Source: an uncultured Pseudomonadales bacterium (GTDB taxonomy: Bacteria; Patescibacteriota; Microgenomatia; UBA1400; CAYNMC01). From it: 64,000 nt of DNA. The stretch spans positions 35,211 to 99,210 of the forward strand of contig CAYPXO010000002.1 in assembly GCA_964414895.1 (NCBI GenBank). Reading direction: 5' to 3'. Shown here piece by piece: positions 46,085 through 55,663 of the stretch (positions are counted from its first letter, which is position 1; each line of letters begins with the position of its first letter). Made by a program: the position numbers and the translations under genes. Below the pieces are notes generated by a model. The model was not told the origin of the DNA. It ran no database searches and worked only from the letters and a program-made list of their open reading frames with translations.

Positions 46085-46921
46085 CTAATAATAGCCTTTA
46101 AACAATATCTTCTCCAATAAACCAACAAATGAACCAAAATCAAAAACAATTTTAAAAATTAAAAACTCCGCTTTATTAAACCAAACTGCTTTAAAAAAAC
46201 TAATTATTAAAGAAATCGGTAAAAAAGATTTAAGCAGATGAAAAAAATCGCCTAACACTCCCCCTTTATATTTTCTTTTTGCCCGCCATTTGGCTTGAAA
46301 GAAAACCTCTCTTAAATTCTCCGGATTATAATGATAATAGAAAGCTCCTTTGGCCAAACTAGCTTTGTAACCTAGTTTTTCACTCAAACTCCAGTCATCG
46401 GTGTAGCCAGTTTTTTCAAAGCCGCCTGCTTTGAGAAACTCAGATTTTAAAATCGCCCGAAAAACTGGCGAACGGTTGGGATAATTTCTAGGGATTTTTC
46501 TTTTATTCTTAAGCCCAAAATTATAGTTCCAGCATTTTGCCCAAAGATTGCTCCAGTTGGCCACATATTCATCTTTAGAAAAAGTCCCTTTAACCCTTCC
46601 TTGTTTAATTGGTTGAATTAGATTTTTAATAAAATTTTTATCAAAAACCATATCACTATCAACAAAAACTAAAATCTCTCCTTTTGCCTGTTTGGCTCCC
46701 AAATTCCTCGCCGCCCCCGCACCCTTATGTTTCTGTCTAAAAATTGAAAATTGAAAATTGAAAATTGAAAATTCTGACAAAATATCTGATATTTTGTCAG
46801 TGCTCCCATCATCAATTACAACAATTTCCAAGTCTTTAAAAGTCTGTTTTTTTAAACTTTCAAGGCACTCTGGCAAATATCTATATTTATTATAAACAGG
46901 AATAATTACGGAAACTTTCAC
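46085..46921 (-). CDS. Glycosyltransferase family 2; carries an in-frame (GAAAATT)4.5 array
   Basis: MKVSVIIPVYNKYRYL...VVIDDGSTD. Confidence 0.75.
   Translation of the reverse strand: MKVSVIIPVYNKYRYLPECLESLKKQTFKDLEIVVIDDGSTDKISDILSEFSIFNFQFSIFRQKHKGAGAARNLGAKQAKGEILVFVDSDMVFDKNFIKNLIQPIKQGRVKGTFSKDEYVANWSNLWAKCWNYNFGLKNKRKIPRNYPNRSPVFRAILKSEFLKAGGFEKTGYTDDWSLSEKLGYKASLAKGAFYYHYNPENLREVFFQAKWRAKRKYKGGVLGDFFHLLKSFLPISLIISFFKAVWFNKAEFLIFKIVFDFGSFVGLLEKILFKGYY
46738..46773. repeat. Heptanucleotide tandem array (GAAAATT)x4.5
   Basis: aaaattgaaaattgaaaattgaaaattgaaaattc; encodes EFSIFNFQFSIF. Confidence 0.85.
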
Positions 46922-48000
46922 TAGACTAAGCTTAAAAAAACCTCCTCATATTTTTTAGCAATCTTATCCCAAGAAAATTTCTCTGCTTGTTTTCTTGGTT
47001 TGTTTTGCCAATTCATCTTTAGAGCCTTTTCTAAAACAGAAGCGTATTTTTGACTCTCTTCCGGATTTTTAATAAACAAGCCGGCTCTGCCAATAATTTC
47101 CCGACGCAGGCTATCATCAGTTGCTACTACCGGCAGTCCAGAAGCCATCGCCTCCAAATAAACAATTCCAAAAGCTTCAGAACTCTCAGAAACTAAAGTA
47201 AACAAATCGCCAGCACGATAATAAGAGGGAATCTCTTTGTGTCTTACTGTCAAGCGCAAAAAGCGATTTTTTCCTAAAAGTTTTCTCCCCAGATTGTCAA
47301 TAAATTCTTCCTGCTTTTTATCACCACTGCCTATCAACAAAAGACTCCCTTTAGACAAACAAGCAACTGCTCTGATAACTGTATCTATTCTTTTATATTC
47401 TTGAAAGGCAGAAACAGTCAAAATCAGCGGTTTTTGCAAGCCTAAAGAAACCCTTTTGCCTTTTTTCCTAAATCTTTTTAAATCAACACCGTCGGGAATT
47501 CTCTTTATTTTTACCCAAGGACAAACTTTTTTTGCCCACAAAAAGCCTCTTTGAGACAAAGCAACAAAAACATCAGGGCGACAGTATAAATTAAAGCGGT
47601 CGTCCCAGCCAATTCCCGAGTGTCCGCCGACTACTATTTTCTTTCTCCAAACAAGACAAAAAAACTTAGTCAACAAAGTCTGCCAGCCTCCATTTAAAGG
47701 CAAAACCAAATCAAACCCGTCTTTCTTTACTTTTCCTAAAGCTTTTAGGCTAAATTGAAAAATAAGGCGAGAGTAGTAATCTAAAAAAAGCTTTCTTTGC
47801 CAACTTTTTGTAAAGTCTTTTGGCCAATCATTTTTTACCTTTATCCTTTTTATTTGATAATTTTTCTTTTCTTTAATCGGCCCTGTTTGAAAAATTACTA
47901 TTTCGTGTTTTTTTGCCAATCTTCTAGCTAAATTATCTACCCAGACCTCCACTCCTCTATTAACAAAACCGGAATAAAAAGACAAAACAGCAATTCTCAT
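46921..48000 (-). CDS. Glycosyltransferase family 4
   Basis: MRIAVLSFYSGFVNRGVEVWV...; C-terminal AFGIVYLEAMASGLPVVATD. Confidence 0.7.
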   Translation of the reverse strand: MRIAVLSFYSGFVNRGVEVWVDNLARRLAKKHEIVIFQTGPIKEKKNYQIKRIKVKNDWPKDFTKSWQRKLFLDYYSRLIFQFSLKALGKVKKDGFDLVLPLNGGWQTLLTKFFCLVWRKKIVVGGHSGIGWDDRFNLYCRPDVFVALSQRGFLWAKKVCPWVKIKRIPDGVDLKRFRKKGKRVSLGLQKPLILTVSAFQEYKRIDTVIRAVACLSKGSLLLIGSGDKKQEEFIDNLGRKLLGKNRFLRLTVRHKEIPSYYRAGDLFTLVSESSEAFGIVYLEAMASGLPVVATDDSLRREIIGRAGLFIKNPEESQKYASVLEKALKMNWQNKPRKQAEKFSWDKIAKKYEEVFLSLV

Positions 48001-49238
48001 GAACTTATTGCCCTAATGATTATCAATAAATTAATTACCACAAAACTAATAGCTGTGGCCAAAGCCGCGCCAGTCGCCGCCATTTTAGGAATAAAAACCA
48101 AATCTAAAGTTATTATCAAAACTACTTGGAAAAAATTAGCCAGAGCAAAAAATTTTGTCTGTCCTTTCCGATACAAAAGATAAGAAGTAAAAGGAACAGA
48201 CATAACAAAAGCAAAAAAACCAAGGCTTAAAATCTGGGTAGGCAAAATCGCTGCCTTGTAAGCCAAACCATAAAAAAAATTAATAAAAAAAGGGGCAAAG
48301 AAAATAAATCCCAAAAGCAAAAAAGCAAAGCCACTTGCCAGCAAAGCCGCTTTTTTAAGATAAGCTTTTGCTTGAATTTCTTTTTTAAAAGAAGCAAAAC
48401 GAGGAGCAAAAACAATCGATAAAACAGAAGAAAACTGATTTACCGGTAGAAAAAAACGATAACCTGCTTGATAAAAACCAACCATCTCCGGACCGGAAAA
48501 CCTCATCAAAAAAAGAGTATCTATTCGACTGTGAATAGCTACCAAAACAAAAGCTAAAGTCAACCATCCTTGAAAAGAAAAGAAGTTCCCTCTTACCTGT
48601 GAGCTAATTCTTGCCTTTAGGAAATCTAAAGAAATCATTTTAATTCCTATCAAAAAAAGAATAAAATTGGCAACAATCTGCAACCAAAAAACATTATTAA
48701 CCGTTAAGCTGCCGGCAAATATAAAAAATAGAAGAAAGGCCAATCTTAACAAGCTCGCTCCTATATCCAAACCAACGCTCTTGACAAATTTTTTTTCTCC
48801 TTGAAAAATCGCCCTAGGTAAACGATAAAGAAAAATAACAAAAACTAAAAAGGAGGCAATTTTTAAAGGTAAACTAATCTCTTGACGCAAAACTAAGGAA
48901 AAACTTCTTGCTAGAGAAAAAAGCAAAAGAAAGAAAAAAGCACCAAGCATTACTTTTAATAAAAAGGCAAACTTAAGATATGATTTCTTTTCCTTTAAAC
49001 CAATAAAGCGGACAATGCTGCTATCCAAAGACAAATCAACAGTATCAGTCACCATAATAACTACCGCCGTTACTGTTGTATAAATGCCTAATTTGGCCGG
49101 GCCCAAAACTCTGGCAATAAGAAAAAAGAACAAAGCAGAAATCAAAGCCCAAATAAGCTGGCCAAAAAAAACTATCCCCGTATCTTTTATTGTTGCCGTT
49201 TTGGAAATTTTCTTTAGCTTTTTAACAAGAAGCTTCAT
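47997..49238 (-). CDS. wzx: Wzx-like oligosaccharide flippase (polysaccharide biosynthesis protein, MOP superfamily)
   Basis: About 12 TM helices; N-terminal KDTGIVFFGQLIWALISALFFFLIARVLGPAKLGIY pattern. Confidence 0.6.
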   Translation of the reverse strand: MKLLVKKLKKISKTATIKDTGIVFFGQLIWALISALFFFLIARVLGPAKLGIYTTVTAVVIMVTDTVDLSLDSSIVRFIGLKEKKSYLKFAFLLKVMLGAFFFLLLFSLARSFSLVLRQEISLPLKIASFLVFVIFLYRLPRAIFQGEKKFVKSVGLDIGASLLRLAFLLFFIFAGSLTVNNVFWLQIVANFILFLIGIKMISLDFLKARISSQVRGNFFSFQGWLTLAFVLVAIHSRIDTLFLMRFSGPEMVGFYQAGYRFFLPVNQFSSVLSIVFAPRFASFKKEIQAKAYLKKAALLASGFAFLLLGFIFFAPFFINFFYGLAYKAAILPTQILSLGFFAFVMSVPFTSYLLYRKGQTKFFALANFFQVVLIITLDLVFIPKMAATGAALATAISFVVINLLIIIRAISS

Positions 49239-49247
49239 AAAAACAAG

Positions 49248-49607
49248 CTAACTTTTAGCTACACAAATAATGCCTGTCAAAATCAGGCTCAAACCAAACC
49301 AGCGGAATAAAGAAACATCCTCTTTTAAAATCACCTTTGCCAAGATCGTTGTCAACACATAAGAAAAGGCAACCATTGGATAAGCAAAGCTCAAATTTTC
49401 GCGAGACAAAACCACCAGCCAAATAATCAAACTAACCCCATACAAAAAAAGCCCTCCTAAAACAAAAGGGTTGCTAAAAGCACGAAAAAGAGGGCCAAAG
49501 GCTAGACTAATCTCTCCATTTTTGGCCATTCCTATCTTCAAAACGATCTGGCCTATTGCCGCCAAGCCAATAGAAGAAAAGATTAAAGAGTATCTTAAAA
49601 ACTGCAT
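49248..49607 (-). CDS. ArnE/ArnF-like small EamA/SMR-type undecaprenyl-phosphate-aminosugar flippase subunit
   Basis: 119 aa, 4 TM helices; GQIVLKIG...YPMVAFSYVLTTILAKVILKE typical of ArnE/ArnF. Confidence 0.55.
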   Translation of the reverse strand: MQFLRYSLIFSSIGLAAIGQIVLKIGMAKNGEISLAFGPLFRAFSNPFVLGGLFLYGVSLIIWLVVLSRENLSFAYPMVAFSYVLTTILAKVILKEDVSLFRWFGLSLILTGIICVAKS

Positions 49608-49655
49608 TCTAAAAAATTACTAATTACTTCCTTTTTATGTTAATATCATATCATT

Positions 49656-50633
49656 GTGAAGAAACAAAAGGCAAAAAGTTACCTTATCACCGGCGGAGCC
49701 GGTTTTATCGGCTCTTTTTTATGCCAGAAACTAGTCAACAAAGGAGAAAAAGTTGTCTGCCTTGATAATCTTTGTACCGGATCAAAAAAAAACATAAAAT
49801 ATCTTCTTAAGGAAAAAAACTTTACTTTCATCAAAGCCAATGTTTACTCTCAAAAAGAGCTTGGTAAAGTTTCCAATTTTCCCTTTGATTTTATTCTTCA
49901 TTTGGCTTCTCCGGCCGGTCCTAATCCTCAAAGTCCCAAAAGCTACCATCAGCTTTGGCAGGAAACATATTTGGTCAATTCTCTTGGCACTCATCTTTTG
50001 TGCCAGCTGGCAGAAAAAAGAAAAGCCGTTTTTCTTTTCGCCTCAAGCTCAGAAGTTTATGGCAACCCAAAAGTCCATCCGCAAAAAGAGAACTACTTTG
50101 GTAATGTCAATCCCAATGGCCCAAGAGCTATTTATGACGAGGGAAAAAGACTGGGGGAAGCAATTGTTTCCAACTTCACCCGCCACAAAAACCTGAAAAC
50201 TCGAATTGTTCGCATCTTTAACACCTATGGGCCAAGAATGAATGTTGATGACGGCCGAGTTCTTTCCTTATTCGTCTATCAAATTCTTAATAAAAAAGAG
50301 GTTACCATTCATGGTGATGGCCAGCAAACTCGTAGCTTTTGTTATATTGATGACCAAGTAGAAGGAATATTAAAACTTCTTTATTGTAAAAAAGCTAACG
50401 GCTTGCCGGTTAACATCGGCAATCCCCAAGAAATTACTATTCTCAAACTTCTGGAGAAAATAAAAAAACTAACCAAGCTGACTCCAAAAATAAAATACGC
50501 TCCTCTCCCTAAAGATGATCCTAAAAGGAGAAAGCCGGATATTAGCCGCGCCAAAAAACTGCTTGGCTGGCAACCAAAGATTGGTTTGGAGAAAGGCCTA
50601 AGGAGAACCGTTAAGTATTTTCAAAAAAACTAA
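49656..50633 (+). CDS. UDP-glucuronate decarboxylase (UXS/ArnA C-terminal-domain-like SDR)
   Basis: LITGGAGFIGS...DNLCTG...YxxxK region, C-terminal SRAKKLLGWQPK typical of UXS. Confidence 0.75.
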   Translation: MKKQKAKSYLITGGAGFIGSFLCQKLVNKGEKVVCLDNLCTGSKKNIKYLLKEKNFTFIKANVYSQKELGKVSNFPFDFILHLASPAGPNPQSPKSYHQLWQETYLVNSLGTHLLCQLAEKRKAVFLFASSSEVYGNPKVHPQKENYFGNVNPNGPRAIYDEGKRLGEAIVSNFTRHKNLKTRIVRIFNTYGPRMNVDDGRVLSLFVYQILNKKEVTIHGDGQQTRSFCYIDDQVEGILKLLYCKKANGLPVNIGNPQEITILKLLEKIKKLTKLTPKIKYAPLPKDDPKRRKPDISRAKKLLGWQPKIGLEKGLRRTVKYFQKN

Positions 50634-50644
50634 ATCCAGAAATT

Positions 50645-50694
50645 AGAAGAGCGAAGCTATCTATATTTAAAATACATCATGAAGTGAGCTTATT
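50645..50694 (+). repeat. Conserved ~45-nt motif, copy 2 (AGCTRTCTAT.TTTAAAATACATCATGRAGTGAGCT)
   Basis: Near-identical to 43727-43776 in the same orientation. Confidence 0.5.
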
Positions 50695-50822
50695 ACCAAC
50701 TCCCAACATGTCACTGAGTAAATGGTGCGAACGCAATGTTGAGCAAGCGCAGAATCCAAAATAAAGACCAAAATAGCCAGCGCAAGCGCTATTTAAAAAT
50801 ACGATAGCAAGCTCTTTTAAGC

Positions 50823-51782
50823 ATGGAAATTCTCATCACCGGCTGTGCCGGTTTTATCGGCGCTCATTTAAGCAAAAACCTCATTACCAAAAACCATTCT
50901 ATAATCGGCATTGACAACCTAAACAATTACTACAGCCCCCATTTTAAAAAACTCCGTTTAAAAAAACTTGTCGGCAAAGATAAAAATTTCCAATTTATAA
51001 AAGGAGATATTTGTAACAAAAAACTCCTCTATGAAGTTTTTAAGAAAAATAAATTTGATTTGGTAATTCATCTGGCCGCTCAGGCGGGAGTCAGATATTC
51101 CTTAATCAATCCCTTTGTTTACGAGTCAAGCAATCTCAAGGGAACCCTAAATATTTTAGAAATGATAAGACACCACCATAAACCCAGGCTTATCTTTACC
51201 TCCTCCAGCAGTGTTTATGGTAACAACAAAAAGGTTCCCTTTTCTGAAAATGATGCCTGCAATCAGCCAGCTTCTCTTTATTCGGCTAGCAAAAGAGCAG
51301 GAGAATTGATGATCAAAGCCTACCATTACCTTTACGGTATTAAAAGCTGCTGCTTAAGGCTCTTTACTGTTTATGGCCCCTGGGGACGGCCGGACATGGC
51401 TTATTTTATTTTCACCAAAGCTCTTCTGGAAAACAAACCATTAACCGTTTTCCAAAAAGAAACCGCCAGAGACTTTACCTATATTGACGATATTATCAAG
51501 GGAATCACTGCCGCTATGAAAAAAGATTTTAACTTTGAGATTATCAATCTGGGAAACTCCCATCCGATCACTTTAGCCCAACTTATCACTCGCCTAGAAA
51601 AAGAAACCGGTAAAAAAGCAAAAATAAAAATAAAACCGCTTCCTCCTGGTGATGTTAAAAAAACTTACGCGGATATAAACTATGCTAAAAAAAAATTAGG
51701 CTGGAGGCCAAAAACCAAAATAGAAAAGGGCTTAAAAAACTTTGTCGTTTGGTATAGAAAAGAAGGAATAAAAATAAGTTAA
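50823..51782 (+). CDS. NAD-dependent sugar-nucleotide epimerase (UDP-GlcA/UDP-GlcNAc 4-epimerase-like, WbpP/GalE family)
   Basis: ILITGCAGFIGAHL...NLNNYYSPHFKKLRL...SSSSVYG...YSASKRAGE. Confidence 0.7.
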   Translation: MEILITGCAGFIGAHLSKNLITKNHSIIGIDNLNNYYSPHFKKLRLKKLVGKDKNFQFIKGDICNKKLLYEVFKKNKFDLVIHLAAQAGVRYSLINPFVYESSNLKGTLNILEMIRHHHKPRLIFTSSSSVYGNNKKVPFSENDACNQPASLYSASKRAGELMIKAYHYLYGIKSCCLRLFTVYGPWGRPDMAYFIFTKALLENKPLTVFQKETARDFTYIDDIIKGITAAMKKDFNFEIINLGNSHPITLAQLITRLEKETGKKAKIKIKPLPPGDVKKTYADINYAKKKLGWRPKTKIEKGLKNFVVWYRKEGIKIS

Positions 51783-51807
51783 TCTGTGGAAGGAAATCCA
51801 TCTTACT

Positions 51808-52542
51808 CTAAGCGACCCGCGATTGCGTGTCAGCTAGACTATATAAAACTTCCGGTAACTCCTCTTTTTTCATTTTTAGTGCCTTGCCTTTTCCTAAAAA
51901 TTTATATTTCTTAAGTCTATCAATCACCCGTAACTGATGCTGCCAACCACTTCTTTTAAGATGGGTGGCGTGCAAATACCAAGTATCAACAAACTCCAGC
52001 CGAGAGACCAACTCTTGGATTGGCTTACCTTTCAGGCTATAGGCTTCCAGTGGATATTCTCCTTTTACTTGCAAACCATCAATTTTCCTTATTGCCCGGA
52101 TGTTAAGATGGCCTTCCCAAGGTCCTATTTGATATTCTCCCTCGCTTTCAGGCGAATAATGATAAACATCGCTAATACAATTCCTAGTTTTATTTACTAA
52201 AGCAATTGTCTGTTTCTTGGCTTTCTTCATCGCTTTAATTAAATAAACTAAATTTCTCTTAGGCCAAATCTCATCTCCATCAACAAGTAAAAACCAGGGT
52301 GTCTTTGTTTCTTTGAGCTGCTGGTTGCGCAACTCAACTAATTGTTTTCTATTAACTTTTCCACATTGTTTAAATTTAATTTTATTTGATTTCATTGATT
52401 CTATTATCTTTACTGTCTTGTCTGTTGAGCCGGTATCCCAAACAAGCAACTCCTCGGCATAATCCAAAACCGAAAGCAAAGCCGATTTTATAAACTGCTC
52501 TTCATTCTTAACAACAGTGTGAACCGTAAATTTTACAGACAT
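51808..52542 (-). CDS. Glycosyltransferase family 2-like protein
   Basis: VHTVVKNEEQFIKSAL...LVWDTGSTDKT...LLVDGDE (DXD). Confidence 0.5.
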   Translation of the reverse strand: MSVKFTVHTVVKNEEQFIKSALLSVLDYAEELLVWDTGSTDKTVKIIESMKSNKIKFKQCGKVNRKQLVELRNQQLKETKTPWFLLVDGDEIWPKRNLVYLIKAMKKAKKQTIALVNKTRNCISDVYHYSPESEGEYQIGPWEGHLNIRAIRKIDGLQVKGEYPLEAYSLKGKPIQELVSRLEFVDTWYLHATHLKRSGWQHQLRVIDRLKKYKFLGKGKALKMKKEELPEVLYSLADTQSRVA

Positions 52543-52562
52543 TTTTGTCGTAAATATCAATT

Positions 52563-54059
52563 TTAAAATTCAATCTCATATGCTTTACTAGAATTATCCA
52601 AAATATAAACCCGCCAGCCTTCAAAATCTTTTTTGTCAATTATCGGCAAAACTGGCTGATAATCCTTATGGGACCAATTGTCAACAAAAAGAACCACAAT
52701 TTTGGGAAAAACCTCAGCCGGCTTTTCCCGATAAAGCCAAAAGAAATCCGGATCAATAAAACTGATTGCCGGCGGGCTTTCTTTTATTTCAAACAAATAA
52801 CGAAGCCCATTATAGCGAAAACATTTGCTCTTAACATCTAAAGCAAAATCTCTGTCTTTTAATTTTTCGATTGTCCAATTGACTGCTTCTTTAGTACTAG
52901 CCAGTCCATAGGCATTTCTGGCCTTAAAAACCAAACCTATATTGGAAAAAACGAAAAAAATCAGCAAAAAAAATCCTATTGCCCAAAATCGAACAAAAAC
53001 TTTGGCCGTAATTACCGCAAAAACAGGCAAAAGCCCGGCCAGATAATGCTCATAAATAGGCTTTCCCAGCAAACCTCCATAAACTAAAAGTCCTAAAAGG
53101 TAAATCATCAAAAGTCGGGCGAAATAAATCTCGCCAGACTTTCCAGCTCTCTTTTTGCCAAAATAGTAAACAGTCAAAAGCACTAAAGCCAAAAACTGCA
53201 GAAAAACCGGCTGGCCAAACTGCCTTATAAAAGCTACTGGCGAGCAATAAGTATGAAAAAAACTAACCTCTTTCTGTGGAGAATACCAAAATCGAGATAG
53301 GCTCCGAGTCGGCAGAAGGAAGGCAGCCAAAAAGCTCTTTGGATCAAGACTTACCTCTCCTTTCTTTTCAAAGAACTGCAAAATTCCTTGGACGTTGCTT
53401 CCCTGATGGCGAAGGTCAAAGAAAATCAAAGGGGTTAAAAAGAGCGCCCCAAAAATAAGAACAAAAACTAAGCCTTTGCCAAAAATTTCTCTTTCTTCCC
53501 ATAAAGAATAACCGGTTAGCAAAAGTAAAACTAAATTGGAAGGGTCAGCCGTTATCGCAAAAGCCAAAAGCAAACCCAGCCAAAACCAACGCCAGTAAAG
53601 GTTTTTCTTTACCAGTAAAAAAACGACTAAAATTGTAAATAACGGATTTAAGCTTAAAGGCCACCAGTGCCGGTCAAAAAAAACTGCTGTAAAAGAAACT
53701 CCATAAACCAAAGACGTCACCAATCCCATCCTGGTATTGTGAAACTCTTTGGCTAAACAAAAAAGGGCAAAAACAGTCATCACTCCAAAGACTGCTGTTA
53801 ACCAACCCCAAACTAAGGGATTAAAATCAGTCAAAGGTAAAAAGAATGCCGAAAAATAATAAAAGTAAGGAGGAAGATGAAAACCCAAAGAACTAATTCC
53901 ACCAATCAAAAAGGGATGTTTTAAAGCAAACAGTCCCCAACCGCGAAAGGCCAAAAGAGCCTCATCCATCATAAAATAAAAAAGCTCCTCAAGCCTAAAA
54001 ACTCTCAAAAAAAAAGCAAGGCCCAATATTATCCAAAGAAAAAAAGGGGCTTTTCTCAT
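52563..54059 (-). CDS. GT-C fold membrane glycosyltransferase (ArnT/PMT-like)
   Basis: Polytopic; N-terminal FYFMMDEALLAFRGW motif region. Confidence 0.5.
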   Translation of the reverse strand: MRKAPFFLWIILGLAFFLRVFRLEELFYFMMDEALLAFRGWGLFALKHPFLIGGISSLGFHLPPYFYYFSAFFLPLTDFNPLVWGWLTAVFGVMTVFALFCLAKEFHNTRMGLVTSLVYGVSFTAVFFDRHWWPLSLNPLFTILVVFLLVKKNLYWRWFWLGLLLAFAITADPSNLVLLLLTGYSLWEEREIFGKGLVFVLIFGALFLTPLIFFDLRHQGSNVQGILQFFEKKGEVSLDPKSFLAAFLLPTRSLSRFWYSPQKEVSFFHTYCSPVAFIRQFGQPVFLQFLALVLLTVYYFGKKRAGKSGEIYFARLLMIYLLGLLVYGGLLGKPIYEHYLAGLLPVFAVITAKVFVRFWAIGFFLLIFFVFSNIGLVFKARNAYGLASTKEAVNWTIEKLKDRDFALDVKSKCFRYNGLRYLFEIKESPPAISFIDPDFFWLYREKPAEVFPKIVVLFVDNWSHKDYQPVLPIIDKKDFEGWRVYILDNSSKAYEIEF

Positions 54060-54592
54060 TTCTTTTTTATTTTTGCCGGCACACCAACAGCCAAAGAGTC
54101 GGCAACAACATCTTTAGTAACTACCGCTCCTGCTCCAATCATCGCTCTTTTACTTATTTTAAGACCGGGTAAAATTATCGCTCCAAGCCCAATAAAAGAG
54201 CCACTTTCAATAACAGTCTTTTTGACAAACTTGGGATATTTGTCCACCAAAGGATGGTTGGAAAATCCAACTGAGAAATGAGAAATCAGAGAAGCCCGAG
54301 CAGAAACAGTAATCTGATCTTGCAAAACTATCTCTCCTGCCAGATCAAAAAGTGCTCCCCGACCCAAGAAAGACTCTCTCCCTACCTGAAATCCAGCTAA
54401 ACCAGTCCTGTCAAGATTAATAAAATCAATCCTGTCGACAACACATCTCTTCCCAATTTTTGCTCCCCCTAATTTTAGCCAAAAAACCCTTAAAGGCGAA
54501 AAAGGCAAAAAGTCAAAGACCATTTGCCAAAAAGAAAAAATAAAATGGCGAAAGAGTCTTTTAAAACCAATTTCTCTCAAGAGCCTTTTCAT
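54056..54592 (-). CDS. Hexapeptide-repeat (LbH) acetyltransferase
   Basis: IGAGAVVTKDVVADSLAVGVPAKI plus hexapeptide repeats. Confidence 0.7.
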   Translation of the reverse strand: MKRLLREIGFKRLFRHFIFSFWQMVFDFLPFSPLRVFWLKLGGAKIGKRCVVDRIDFINLDRTGLAGFQVGRESFLGRGALFDLAGEIVLQDQITVSARASLISHFSVGFSNHPLVDKYPKFVKKTVIESGSFIGLGAIILPGLKISKRAMIGAGAVVTKDVVADSLAVGVPAKIKKK

Positions 54593-54751
54593 AAAGAGAA
54601 AATTGCGAAAGTAGTCTCCGAGCTACTGAGCAATTTGACTATAATAATTTTAAACGAAAAGCAAGATACTGGCACGAACATTATTTAAAAATATAGCTCT
54701 TTAAAAACAAAATGGCGGGTTTTTAAAACCTTCTCTTTTTTATTTCTCATT

Positions 54752-54854
54752 TGTCATTCTCGACCTGAAAGCGAAAGCGCTTCAAGATCGGGAATCTATA
54801 AAAATATTAAAGCTGAATTATTTGTATAGATTCTGAATCAAGTTCAGAATGACA
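54752..54854. repeat. Class I nested-palindrome (REPIN-like) element, copy E
   Basis: TGTCATTCTCGACC...GGGAATCTATAAAAATATTAAAGCTGAATTATTTGTATAGATTCTGAATCAAGTTCAGAATGACA. Confidence 0.75.
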
Positions 54855-54905
54855 AAGGTGACATTTTGTTTTAACATTGCTATAGGACGCCAAGCTCTCA
54901 AAGAA

Positions 54906-55616
54906 CTAAAGATTAAAACGAAAGCTTATTAAATTTCTCAAATATCTAAAGCTGTCAGGAATCAATCTAACGGTTGAGGTCTTGTCAAACCGCCTTACAA
55001 AAGCAACCGGAATTTCCCTAACTTCAAGTTTTGCCCTGTAGGCCCTAGCCATTATTTCCGTATCCCAAAACCAAGCCGGATAAACAGAGTTTTCGAAAAT
55101 CTTTTTGCTGGTTTTTTTTCTAAAAAACTTATAACCGGCTTCCGTATCTTTAAAAGGCAATCCCAAAAAGATCTTTCTCAACAAAATATAGCCTTTACTG
55201 CTAATCCAGCGAGCAAGGGTAGCCAGCCTAAAATCGTATATCCGCCAAGCAATAGCCACATCAGCACCCTTCTCAATCGTCTGGATAAACTTGGACAAAT
55301 ACCACTCACCTATTTCCAAATCAACATCAATAAAGCCAACCATCTTCCCATGAGCCTTTAAAAATCCCTCAACTACTGTCTTGCCTCTTCCTTTGTTTTT
55401 CCAATGAAAAAAGGCCCGCAGGTTTTTTCTGGGATATTTTTTCAGTGCCTCTTTTATAAGTTTTTTGGTTTTATCTTTCGATTTATCATCAATAAAAATT
55501 ATCTCCCAGGTATAGCTTGTTTCATCCAAAACCTCTATTATCCTGGCAAGAGAATCAACAAAAATCTCTCCTTCATTGTAACAAGGTAAAATCAGAGAAA
55601 AATCAAACTTGCTCAT
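54906..55616 (-). CDS. Polyprenyl-phosphate sugar synthase, GT2 (ArnC/DPM1/GtrB-like)
   Basis: SLILPCYNE...FIDDKSKDKT...DVDL motifs; 236 aa soluble GT2 typical of the Und-P-sugar-forming enzymes. Confidence 0.75.
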   Translation of the reverse strand: MSKFDFSLILPCYNEGEIFVDSLARIIEVLDETSYTWEIIFIDDKSKDKTKKLIKEALKKYPRKNLRAFFHWKNKGRGKTVVEGFLKAHGKMVGFIDVDLEIGEWYLSKFIQTIEKGADVAIAWRIYDFRLATLARWISSKGYILLRKIFLGLPFKDTEAGYKFFRKKTSKKIFENSVYPAWFWDTEIMARAYRAKLEVREIPVAFVRRFDKTSTVRLIPDSFRYLRNLISFRFNL

Positions 55617-55663
55617 AATCTTTATCTTACAATATTGCCCTATTTTAGTCTATAATAGTAACA